Below, in pieces: positions 1 through 11,128 of a stretch of DNA of 64,000 nt. Under the pieces are notes generated by a model. That model did not search any database. It was given only the letters and a program-made list of their open reading frames with translations, and was not told where the DNA came from. Each line of letters begins with the position of its first letter. Position 1 is the first letter of the stretch. Location of the stretch: the NCBI RefSeq assembly GCF_964355755.1, contig NC_092679.1, forward strand, positions 7,036,201 through 7,100,200, written 5' to 3'. The position numbers and the translations under genes are program-made. Origin of the DNA: Antedon mediterranea. Lineage: Eukaryota > Animalia > Echinodermata.

Positions 1-20
1 TGAAATGAATATAATAGTAC

Positions 21-2325
21 CTGTTTCTGATGATGTTGTTAATCTAAATGATGGTTTTGATATCTTTTCACCTTTAATTAATAATAAAATAAATACAAGT
101 AAATTAATGATATTATTATTTTGTAATAACCAGTGTAATGTTAATGCAGAATTTTACGCTGTTTTAGTCTTTAATATTTTTTTTATCTGGGTTAGTAGCA
201 TTCTTTAATAATGCAGACCAATAGTCTAACTTATTTTTATGCTGGATAACTATCTTTATCAATAAACAATTATTATTACATGTTAAATGTGAGTGCAGAT
301 GAGAAGAATTAACATTATTAATCTTCTTTAAATTAGTGAAATATTAAGTGAATTTAAGTTTAGAGCCCATTGTAGATGTATAAAGCTGTGCAAATCAAAA
401 GGTTAAAAAGCTTAGAGATTTCAGTGATGAAGCAAAACCTATTATAGAATTAAGAGAACAGAGGTTGGTTAGTAAGTGGGAGAGAGGGGGAGGGGGAGTC
501 GGTGGGGTGGGCGAAGACTGGGGTTGTAGTAGCTGTGTCAAATGTCAAATGTGTGATAATGGGATAAAACAATGACTGATGGTTCTCCATTCAAACCATA
601 TTTCTGTGTTAAATTTTGTTTATTTTTTAACCAAGTGCACTGAGACTTACGCATTGATACATGAATTTAAATTAGTTAAAAAAGAAGGCAAAAGAAGAGA
701 AGATAATGGTAACATGTTAAAGACCCCTTCCCTGCAATTTTGGACGTTTTTTGGAAAATAATACATATATATCACTTTAAAAACATTAAACCATGTCATT
801 CCTTGTCTTAAATGTACGTTTTATGGTAAATTATGATAAAAAGTGAGAAACAATGCACTACCTAAGTAGCTCGCGGCGATCGACCTCTCGTGGACGATCT
901 TAGGCCTAGCCTAGCTAGGCTTAGTTTTGTAGGCCTAGCTGGTAAACATCGGTAACGTACGAACATCATACGCTAGCTATATACCTAGCCTGACGTTGTA
1001 TAGTTGCTGCATTAATTGTCTTTCTATTTTTGCCAGACTCCGTTGATACAAATTGGGGAAAACCCGGTATTTTCGCCGAAAAGTTAGGAGTCTTCCATTT
1101 GTTTTGGCCTCACGATCGATCGAAAAGTGGGCGAATTACAGGTGAAAAACAAAAATATCAATCCGCGCGCAATGCATTTTGGGATTTATAGCGGGCCGCT
1201 ATAATTATTAGAATCGACTTATTTTTCATATTTTTAACTGTTTAAAGACGAAAAAAGTTATCGCAATAGGACCATATAGTAGTATTATTTTTACATTAAA
1301 TATAGTTTGTGATCTTAAATTAGATCTAAAAAACGTAGGGAAGGGGGCTTTAAATGTTTGGAGGATGACAAAATAAATTTACACAATACGTTACCAATCG
1401 TCAAACTAGCAGATTTTTTGTGATAACTTTTACTGGCACTTGTTTGGGTTGGCTTGGGTTGTTCAGGCTTGGGTTCAGGCTGGGAGGGTTTTCCTTTATT
1501 TGTACCTGTTTTTGGAAAATTGTTAGCTATCTCTACTGGCCTAGAAGGCTTTGTAAATGATGCATTTTTGTTAGTTCCCCTGGCAGATGTAACCCGTGGG
1601 CCGGTGAACTCCTCTATGCGTGTACCTGTCCAATCAATTATTTCATTCTGAAATTTAAAACATGGATTATGTATTTTTGTATACTGCAGTATGTTTTCTT
1701 ATCAGTAAGTTAAAATAGTTAAAATCAAATAATGTTATAGGTGGAATTGTGTTACATTGTATCTGATTAACATTTTTTTTTAAATCAAAATGTAAATCTA
1801 TATTTGAAACATAAAATTATGCAAACAAATTATTTTTTAAGCTATTTCTTGCTATCAGCTCACCTCGTCATCTGCGTCATCGAAGAAGTTTTGCCGTTTT
1901 TCTTTTTGGTTCCAGTAACCTTCATCTTCCTCATCTCCCTTTTATTTCAAGTTCAGATTTATTCACATATGTAAACACATACAAAAATATAATAGATACA
2001 AATATTTAATATACAATAATTGTTTAATTTAAAAATATTTAAATAATTTCTAATAATTTAAATTAACTTCATCTTTAATATAATAAATTATTAGGGAGCA
2101 GTGTACACAAAATATCAACAGACTCACCTTAGTTTGGAAACCATTAAAAAAAAATAAAAGTTACCTAGGCCCATGAATGGTCACATGAGCAGATAGGCCT
2201 AAAAACCAGCCGCGCCCCCTTCTAAAATTATTATCGACAGAATGACATAGCCTAGGCCTAGGCCTAGCTTATAACGTAAATCACTCCGGTTTTAAACCTA
2301 CCTTTAATGAATATCTTACTGACAT
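21..2325 (-). CDS. VIPAS39: Probable VIPAS39/SPE-39 homolog, 5' part (continues beyond window start)
   Basis: GT-AG exons 2325-2302 (MSVRYSLK), 1938-1864 (GDEEDEGYWNQKEKRQNFFDDADDE), 1647-1395 (NEIIDWTG...) and 71-21 join in frame. The N-terminus resembles vertebrate VIPAS39 (KGDEEEYWN...FDDEDDE...VSWSG). The conserved core lies outside the window. Confidence 0.7.
721..1349. mobile_element. Non-autonomous DNA transposon, Kolobok-like
   Basis: Terminal inverted repeats AGACCCCTTCCCT...AGGGAAGGGGGCT, flanked by TTAA on both sides (717-720, 1350-1353). CpG-rich interior. Confidence 0.75.
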
Positions 2326-2508
2326 GGCTACTAAAAACTATAACACTTATTGCAAAGGAATTTTAAATTTAAAACATTGTTTTTGTAACATTCAATAATC
2401 AGTTCCTTGTTTACAGGTGGTGAAGTCACACGGACGGTAATTTTTTATTAAATTAATTAGGCTGTGCTTGTTTTCTTTCTTTTTCCGGTAAAACAAAATA
2501 CGCCGTAA

Positions 2509-2520
2509 TGCGCATGCTCA
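2509..2520. promoter_or_regulatory. NRF1-like site in VIPAS39 promoter
   Basis: TGCGCATGCTCA (consensus TGCGCATGCGCA) about 190 bp upstream of the ATG, with an ETS-like TTCCGG nearby. Confidence 0.45.
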
Positions 2521-2563
2521 GTGAGCGCAGTAGAGAAACGCCCACTTTAGTTTAATTTCATAA

Positions 2564-2687
2564 AGCTCTGTCTACAATTATATCAAATTTTTAAAATGTA
2601 ATGTGCCCATCATATATATAGACATGATGATGTCATATCACTATCATACCTTTTTTGTCAAACTAATTTGATAGTGTAGACAGAGCT
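2564..2687. mobile_element. MITE family A (PIF/Harbinger-like)
   Basis: TIR AGCTCTGTCTACA...TGTAGACAGAGCT with TAA/TAA target duplication. The family recurs about 8 times in the window. Confidence 0.8.
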
Positions 2688-3512
2688 TAATAAATCAATG
2701 CATTGGGCACAATATCATCAAAACGAAAAAATAACAAATATTGTTTGAAGGCTTGCCCCCGGGAGGCTTGCATGTGAAATCAAATGTTTATATTAAAGTT
2801 TGCGGTACACGATATTATATATAGTTCTGAAAATAACTGATAAATAACCTGTGAGAATGTAACAAAACTAAACAGTGAATAAAATACAATTAATTAATTA
2901 ATTTTTGTGTTATATTTTATTAATCAATAATCTTCAATTGTTGCCATGGAAATAAAGCAACAAACGACATTTATAATAATAGTATGGACAAGTTTGTCTC
3001 AACTTCTCAATTAAAATCTGCCAGCGGCATGATTTTTATACCAGGGAAGAGTTCATTCGTTTTTGCTGTGTTTTATCCAGGTCAATTACAAATAATAATT
3101 TCAGTCTCTTAACTTCCATCAATCTGCCAATTCATATTAGTTTCTTATGGTATTTGTTGCCCAGCTGCTAAATTTATCCAGGTCAGTTTCTTTAACTTTT
3201 ACACAATCCACAGCAATATAGCAGTAATATCAGGCCAATTTCCAATGGTCAGTGATAAGTAACTCAAAGTCAGTTTCTTAAACAAGTTCAGGTCAGTTTC
3301 CTAAACAAGTTCAGATCAGTTTCCTAAACAGGTTCAGGTCAGTTTCCTAAACTTTCACACAACACCAGAGCAGTAGCTAATTATTTCAGACCAATATCCA
3401 CTGTATTTGATGTACAACCACTAATGCTCAAGTTTTTTTTTTCTCTCAATTTCAATTTGCAAAACTTGTTAAACTGTGTTAACTCATCAGGGCCGATTCT
3501 TGAATACTATTA

Positions 3513-6090
3513 TTAAACTTTGAACTTATCTAGGCCAGTGACTAATTGATCCAGGTCAGCATCTGATGGCGGTTTGATGTATTCTGGCATTGCTTCAAGT
3601 GCACGCTAAAGATAAGAAAACGTCAAAATATAACTTTGCTGTTTATTGAAAAAAATATTAATATATTCTAAAGTTTGGGTTATGGTCAAGACACCGGAAT
3701 GCTTCGAGAATTACTGACCTTTGTGACCTTCATCGCCACTCCTTCAGGTAAATTTCTCTGAATGTACTCTAGAAAAACACTTGCAGTAGAACCTGTTAGA
3801 TGTTTAAACTATAAGAGAAACAGTAAACAAATGATTAAAATAATAGATTTAACCCAAAAAATATTTCCCCATATCCTTCCCAATAAGGTGGAGGTGTTGT
3901 ATTGAGTATTTGTCTACTTACTAACATAACTCTATAATGTGTTCTGATTTCATATTGTACAAAGTGCTTTTTATGAATAAATCGTGATTTCAGGAGTGAT
4001 AATCGCTTCATGTGTTTCTTGGGTTTCGTTCTGCAAAGACAATAAAGTGTAGAATGTAAAAATGTCAATTCAATTTATTTTGTCAAAATTATAAACATAT
4101 AACTAGCTAGATTTGAGGACTAGCTTGGCCTAAATTGTAGTAGGCCTAGTAGTGACAGCTGCTGCATGCTGTAAGTAGGCAAACATGGCAGCATTTTTGG
4201 CTACAGTCTACGTAATTGGAGGTCAATGTAAGGTTAACCTGGATTTTATAAATCCCATATTTTATGTACGTCTTTAGGTCCCGTACCATATGTAAAATGT
4301 AGGTTCTACTGTATTGGAGACTGATACAGAAACTTTTATGGAAATTGAAAGCTCAAAAACCCAGAACTTACAATTTAATTAAGGACAGGTGTACAATAAA
4401 ACCATACAAACTGTAGTGTAAACCAATCATGACAGCAAAAATGTATTGACCTTTATTACTTACACACTATCCAGTGTTATATCCAATTCTTTGGCTGCCA
4501 TGGAAACAAATTTTTCATAACTGTTAAGCACAGCTTCATCATGACCTTTGACTCTAACTTCAATTGATTTGTAAAGTTCATCGTCTTCTGTAGTTGTTTC
4601 GATTTTTGACTGGGTTAAACAAAATGTTACAATAATGAATAATTTTGGCACAGTGTTGTGTTATTGGTTTAACTTGTAATTTTCTATAAAAATATATAAG
4701 GGTAAATCATCAAACTTTAATGGCTTTATTTGAGGATTATCAAGAGATGATAAAAATGGCTACATCTGACCATGCTAAAATGGCTACATCTGACCATGCT
4801 AAAATGGCTACATCTGACCATGCTAAAATGGCTACATCTGACCATGCTAAAATGGCTACATCTGACCATGCCAGATAAACATACAGTACCTCCTCTTTCT
4901 TGACTGTGTCTGAACAATAGCGAACAGGTGTCGCTGATGATTTTGCCAATAAAGTGCATCTCTCATGTGGAAGTCCTAAAAAACAATTTTTTTTTTAATG
5001 GAGTTTATGAAAAATTCAAAGGTTGAAATTATTATTATTATATATGTCTCTTGGTTGAGATGGATGTGACATTCCTAAATAAAATTTTTCAACAATGAAT
5101 TAGGTTAATTTGCCTTTTGAGTTGGTAGAAGCAATGACATTATAACAAGATTCCAACAGTTTACAGCAATATCTCCTAGTAATAAGTACATTTGACAAAA
5201 ATCTTACCACTAATACATAGACATCTTAAAAATGGAGCAAACTGACTTCTGTAATAAAATAAAATTATACAAGATATTATTCTATTGTTATAATATTACT
5301 TATAAGTGTCGGTATGCTTTACATTGAGCATGCTCATACAGTATATAACAATATGTGTTATAAATTATACATAACATTTGGACCATCACAAACCTGTTAA
5401 TTCCATTCACATCTTTAAGGTGCTTTTTTAATAAACCTATTCCTGATTGATGAATATATTTTCTTGGCAAAAGCAAACGCTGAAATTTGGAAACAATTAA
5501 ACATATTTAAGCATTATATTATTATTATTAATTAAGAAGATAAATATAATAAATTTACAAAAGTTAAGTTAATAAAAATTGAGAAAATATTATTTTCAAA
5601 TAAATCTTTATTTATTTCAAATAAATCTTTATTTTATATAAATTATTTATTAATTAATTATTTTATAATGAATTAAATTGTTATTATTATACTATAAATA
5701 ATGTTTATTATTAACTAGGAGGTTGACTGCTAAACTATAGCTATAGGCCGCCGCCTATCTAGAGTAAAGGGCTAGGCTACGGCTAGCCCTAGTCAAGCCT
5801 TTTTTTTTAGGGCGACTTGACTAGCATCCCTACTGTACTAGGCTAGGTACTCTCTAGTAGTAGACTAGTAGTAGGCTAGGCCTAGTACTATAGTAGGCTA
5901 CTACTAGTAGACCCGTAAAAGCTTAGCTAGGCCTCTTATCTAACAATTTCCAGCATATTATCTGGTTATTTCATAAAGGTAATTTCATAAGATACGTTGA
6001 TATTTACTGTTATAAATCAGAATTGTATGTGTTTTTAATTATTTTAAATAAACCACTTTAAAAACTCACTTGCGGTATGGAGGCTGCCAT
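3513..6090 (-). CDS. MRPS10: Mitochondrial ribosomal protein S10 (uS10m), 8 coding exons
   Basis: The spliced product begins [14 protein letters not shown]. It contains [75 protein letters not shown] and [12 protein letters not shown], matching MRPS10. Stop TAA at 3515-3513. Confidence 0.95.
4751..4870. repeat. 24-bp minisatellite x5 in MRPS10 intron
   Basis: Unit TAAAATGGCTACATCTGACCATGC. Confidence 0.9.
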
Positions 6091-6411
6091 CTTGGTTTCA
6101 GATTATTTGACATGTTGAGTCACGTATATATATCATAATGTTAAATAAGCAATTCAAATATATAATATCTTCTTCTAGACTTAATTTTAAATCTAAAACA
6201 ACATATTTTAATATTTAGTTTATAAGAAAAATAGTGTGACTGTTATATAGTGTGAATTAATATGAGTAAATATAACAATACTTGACAAAAATCCTTTTCC
6301 TTCCCGTCATTCTCTGATATTGCCATGGTCACAAGAGGTCACACATAAACGTAACTTCATGATCTACATTTTTATGATTCAGAGAAGAGTTAATTAATAT
6401 TCGATAATAAA
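6091..6411. promoter_or_regulatory. Bidirectional promoter MRPS10/DNAL1
   Basis: The two start codons diverge 321 bp apart. An X-box-like ATTGCCATGGTCAC lies at 6319-6332, and a YY1-like CAAGATGGCAGC overlaps the MRPS10 ATG. Confidence 0.7.
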
Positions 6412-9400
6412 ATGGTATGGTGGAATACTTTTATATTTCTTATTAACTTCTACATCTTGTAACTATTCTATAGTAGCTTAAAATGTAATTAGTTTTAATC
6501 AAATGTGTTTTGTCTTTCATTTCTTATTCAGTCTAAAGGAACAACGATCAAAGATGCATTGGCCAAATGGGTAGGTTTGCTTTTCTTTTTATCTCTTCCC
6601 TGATTTTCTTGACTCAAGAACTACTTTGCACAGTATAATTTACATCTAATCTAGACCAATAAATAATAAATACTTAAAAAAAAATGAAGCATCAACTGTC
6701 GACGATAACAGAGCTTCATTTGCCAACAAATCATTAAATTTAATTTAAGTTAATTTTATATATCAATTTTGATGCATATAATTTAATAAATTATAATTTG
6801 TTTTTTCACTTTGCTTATTCATTTCAATCAACATTTTATATAAATTAGGCCGAAAAAAACAAAGAATGTCCACCTTCAGAAGCAAAAGTAGTGCGGCTGT
6901 ACATGCAAGTTCCCCCTATTGAGAAAATGGATGCTTCATTATCAACTCTTGCCGCATGCGAGTAAGTTCAGTTAAATAATACCATTTTAAGAATAATTGA
7001 TATAAAAACGTTCTAGGCCTAGCCTAGCCTATTTATTTCTTTTGTAACAAATATTTTGAAAAATTTTTGTTTACTTTTATGTATTTTGTATAAAGAAAAA
7101 AATAATCATTAATTATGCTTCCTTTTTATTTTAACAGGCAGCTGTCTCTATCAACAAATTGTATAGAAAAAATTGGAAACTTGAATGGGCTAAGTAAGTA
7201 CAGTATTAGAAAATACAGAATCAGAATATTGAATCAGCCACTTTTACTGTTTAATACTTTGAATGAAATACATCTCTTTGCATGGATGTACATACTTTCA
7301 TATACATTCTGTCGGAATGTTAATTCAATTCCCTCTATTGAGAAAATGGACGCTTAATTATCAACTCTTGCCGCATGTGAGTAAGTTCAGTTAAATATAA
7401 ATTACCCATTTTTATCTTTATAGAAAATTTAAAGATTTTATCTTTAGGAAGAAACAATATCAAGAATTTAAATGGTTTGGTAAGTTCAATATTGTAAGGT
7501 TTGTCAAAAACATTTTGGAGATACATTCAGAATAAAAAACAAAATACTATGTAATAAACGAGAAGTGTATCATTGAACAACCCAGATAATAATCAAATAC
7601 ATGGTCTTTCAACAGGAAGCTGTCGCAGACACATTGCAAGAGTTATGGATATCATATAATTCTATTGAAAAGCTGAAAGGCATTCAAGTATTGAAAAAAC
7701 TAAAGGTGAGAGAAAAAAAAATAAAGGTGAGAGAAAAAAAATAAAGGTGAGAGAAAAAAAACTAAAGGTGGGAGAAAAAAACTAAAGGTGAGAGAAAAAA
7801 ACTAAAGGTGAGAGAAAAAAACTAAAGGTGAGAGAAAAAAAACTAAAGGTGAGAGAAAAAAACTAAAGGTGAGAGAAAAAAAACTAAAGGTGAGAGAAAA
7901 AAACTAAAGGTGAGAGAAAAAAACTAAAGGTGAGAGAAAAAAACTAAAGGTGAGAGAAAAAAATAAAGGTGAGAGAAAAAAAACTAAAGGTGAGAGAAAA
8001 AAACTAAAGGTGAGAGAAAAAAACTAAAGGTGAGAGAAAAAAACTAAAGGTGAGAGAAAAAAACTAAAGGTGAGAGAAAAAAAACTAAAGGTGAGAGAAA
8101 AAAAACTAAAGGGGAGAGAAAAAAACTAAAGGTGAGAGAAAAAAAACTAAAGGTGAGAGAAAAAAATAAAGGTGAGAGAAAAAAAACTAAAGGTGAGAGA
8201 AAAAAAACTAAAGGTGAGAGAAAAAAACTAAAGGTGAGAGAAAAAAACTAAAGGTGAGAGAAAAAAACTAAAGGTGAGAGAAAAGAAACTAAAGGTGGGA
8301 GAAAAAAACTAAAGGTGAGAGAAAAAAACTAAAGGTGAGAGAAAAAAAACTAAAGGTGAGAGAAAAAAACTAAAGGTGAGAGAAAAAAAACTAAAGGTGA
8401 GAGAAAAAAACTAAAGGTGAGAGAAAAGAAACTAAAGGTGGGAGAAAAAAACTAAAGGTGAGAGAAAAAAACTAAAGGTGAGAGAAAAAAACTAAAGGTG
8501 AGAGAAAAAAACTAAAGGTGAGAGAAAAAAAACTAAAGGTGAGAGAAAAAAAACTAAAGGTGAGAGAAAAAAACTAAAGGTGAGAGAAAAAAACTAAAGG
8601 TGAGAGAAAAAAACTAAAGGTGAGAGAAAAAAACTAAAGGTGAGAGAAAAAAACTAAAGGTGAGAGAAAAAAAACTAAAGGTGAGAGAAAAAAAACTAAA
8701 GGTGAGAGAAAAAAACTAAAGGTGAGAGAAAAAAAACTAAAGGTGAGAGAAAAGAAAATTAAAGGTGGGAGAAAATGATATTATGATGATACTTTCCAAT
8801 ACCACAAAATATCTAAAATCCAGACTTTTCCAAAACTCGCAAATTCTTTTTTACCATTGAAAACAAAAACCACTTGGATTGCCAGAATTAACAGAAAATC
8901 CAGACCATATTCAAGTTTCAAAGGGCGTTGTATTTGTTGTTGATATTTTTTCTCTTCTATCTGCTTAAGGTACTTTACATGTCAAATAACTCGGTTAAAG
9001 ACTTTGGAGAATTTGAAAAATTAGCTGGTCTGCCACTTCTTGAAGACATTGTGTTTGTTGGTAGGTTCATTTCGTTTTATTCATTCAACTTTATTGTAAA
9101 AAAATTAAAGATGTTTACCTATATTAAAGCTCTGTCTACACTATCAAACTAGTTTGACAAAAAAAGAAGTGTGATATGCCCAAATATGTCTAATTTAATC
9201 TAATCTAATATCATCAGGTCTATATGGGAACATCACATTTTTTGTCAAATAAAGTATGACAGTGTAAACAGAGCTTTATTCTTTTACTCTTTTTTTAACA
9301 ACTTTTTGTTAATTTAATGAATGTATGTTAATATTGATTGTGTTTATTTTGATTTTTTATGTGTTTTTTTATTTCGTTTTTGTGTAGGCAATCCTCTGGA

Positions 9401-10055
9401 AGAGAAACACACTGCAGAAGGAGATTGGCGAGATCAAGCTACCAAACGTTTACCTAAACTAAAGAAATTAGATGGTAACTAATTATTATTAAGATTGCAG
9501 CCGTGAAACATAAATTATTATTTCTTTTCTTAAGCTCCGTCAAACTAGTCATTGACAAAAAAAGTGTGATGTGTCCAAATATGGGTAGTGATGTACCCAA
9601 ATATGGTAGCGATATGGCATCATGATGTCCATATATGGGCACATCACATTTGTTTGTCACATAAAGTTTGATAGTGTAGACATAGCTTAAAACCAATACT
9701 GCCGCATAATGAATGGAGAGCATTTAGGGAGTACACTGTACTGGAGAGTTTTAGTTGTCTAATTCTGTTAACAATTGCCTACTGTTCTTTGGTATTCTAA
9801 ATCTATCCTTGCACTGGCCCTCTTGTTTTATCTACTCCAAAAACACACCTTAAATCTTACCCCAAGGGTTTTTTTTGCACAAGCGCCACTAGTTTGGAAC
9901 CAGCTTCCACTCCATATCCATCAATGTAAATCTCTTAAGCAATTCACTTCTAAAATCTCACCGCGCTTTATAAAAGTTAATTATTATTAATTATTTTATT
10001 TACAGGCGTACCTGTTATCAAGCAGGAGGATGAAGAGGGTGAGGGCGACGATTAG
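6412..10055 (+). CDS. DNAL1: Dynein axonemal light chain 1 (LRR outer-arm dynein LC1)
   Basis: Exons: ATG|GT (6412-6414), [13 protein letters not shown], ...[82 protein letters not shown] (7616-7705), VLYMSNN (from 8970), GNPLEEKH...LPKLKKLDG and [15 protein letters not shown]. Colinear with human DNAL1. Confidence 0.96.
7693..8775 (+). repeat. 20-21-bp tandem array of the DNAL1 exon end plus splice donor
   Basis: Unit (A)6-8CTAAAG|GTGAGAG, about 50 copies. The first copy is the real exon 6 donor. Confidence 0.95.
9128..9275. mobile_element. MITE family A copy
   Basis: AGCTCTGTCTACACTATCAAAC...GTGTAAACAGAGCT with TWA flanks. Confidence 0.8.
9533..9687. mobile_element. MITE family A copy
   Basis: Same internal motifs (GTGTGATGTGCCCA, GGGCACATCAC) and right TIR GTTTGATAGTGTAGACATAGCT. 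Confidence 0.75.
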
Positions 10056-11128
10056 AAATAACGTAAGCAATGTTTTCACGAACTCGCAGATGATCGAACA
10101 AGCATTTCACCAATTCTATCAACATCAGTATTCAAGTCAACATGAACAAAACATAAAATGTGTCAAAAAGCAAACTGAGAGATAACTGCATATTAATCAC
10201 TTGACATTTACTTTTGTTTGTTCAATGAAAAGTTGAAAATAGCACAACTGTTTTAGTTGTACAAGTGTAAATACCTGGTTTATAGCTTTTGTCATGTTTG
10301 TTCACGGCATTGATAATTAACATAAAGAGATAATGATTCTCTTTTTACTGCTGAAACCGTCCAGATTGTACAAAATGTATAAAATTTATAGTAAACGTAC
10401 TCTAATTTGTAAAATATTTTGTATTTTAAAAAAAGTAATGTAATGCTGTATAACGTTTCCAATATCCAATATAATACATTTGTTTCTAAAATCTAATCTA
10501 GGCATTAGTGCCATTGCTTATATTAATGTTTGGAATAGTCGTGACCCAGAGTTTTTTTGTGCGTATTAAAATTGTCACAATAAATTACTTGAGTGTTACA
10601 ACTGTATTATTCTATGTCTGATTTTTTTTTCTGTATACTTGGTTTGATTGAACTTTGGAGAGTTCTAATCTAAGATATTGGTATGGGGTTTTTGAAAAAA
10701 ATATTTTATATTATTAATAATATGATGGCCAACGTGTTAAGAAAATGTTGGTCCGAGACATGAGCTTTATTTAAAAAATAGACCCATTTGACGACTGTGC
10801 AAGAAGAATCTGCCATGTGACTTGCGAGTGAACTGATATTGAAACTATTAATACCTGAGGCTGAGTATTATTTGCAACATATTGTATTTTTGCAAAAGTT
10901 TGTTATAACTTATTCCAGCACACGGAGCTACAGTATATAGCTTTTTCTATCATTAATTTCGAGATTCAACGAATGAGGGCGCTACGTAAATTAAGCATGT
11001 CGAATGGCCTGTTTCATTTTTCTAATTTCTGAATTGTAAAATATTCCGTAAAAATAATGATTATTCGGTAGTTTTTAGGCTACTCAAAAAACTCTTAATA
11101 TTTAATAAACTATTTAGAAGCTTTTAAA

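Noticed and set aside
477-523. G-rich tract, possible G-quadruplex
   Set aside because: Irregular simple sequence in an intron with no supporting context.
2940-2953. X-box GTTGCCATGGAAAT
   Set aside because: Lies in the MRPS10 3' end, about 600 bp from a non-ciliary gene start. A single match cannot be distinguished from chance.
4726-4959. Repeat-peptide ORFs (WSDVAILA)n / (MVRCSHFS)n
   Set aside because: Read-through of an MRPS10 exon into an intronic 24-bp minisatellite. A valid donor precedes the repeat.
7693-8775. CRISPR-like or telomeric array
   Set aside because: There are no unique spacers, the context is a eukaryotic intron, and the unit derives from the exon/donor junction.
9775-9990. 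71-aa ORF in DNAL1 last intron
   Set aside because: [15 protein letters not shown] resembles a decayed LINE ORF2 C-terminus, not a gene.
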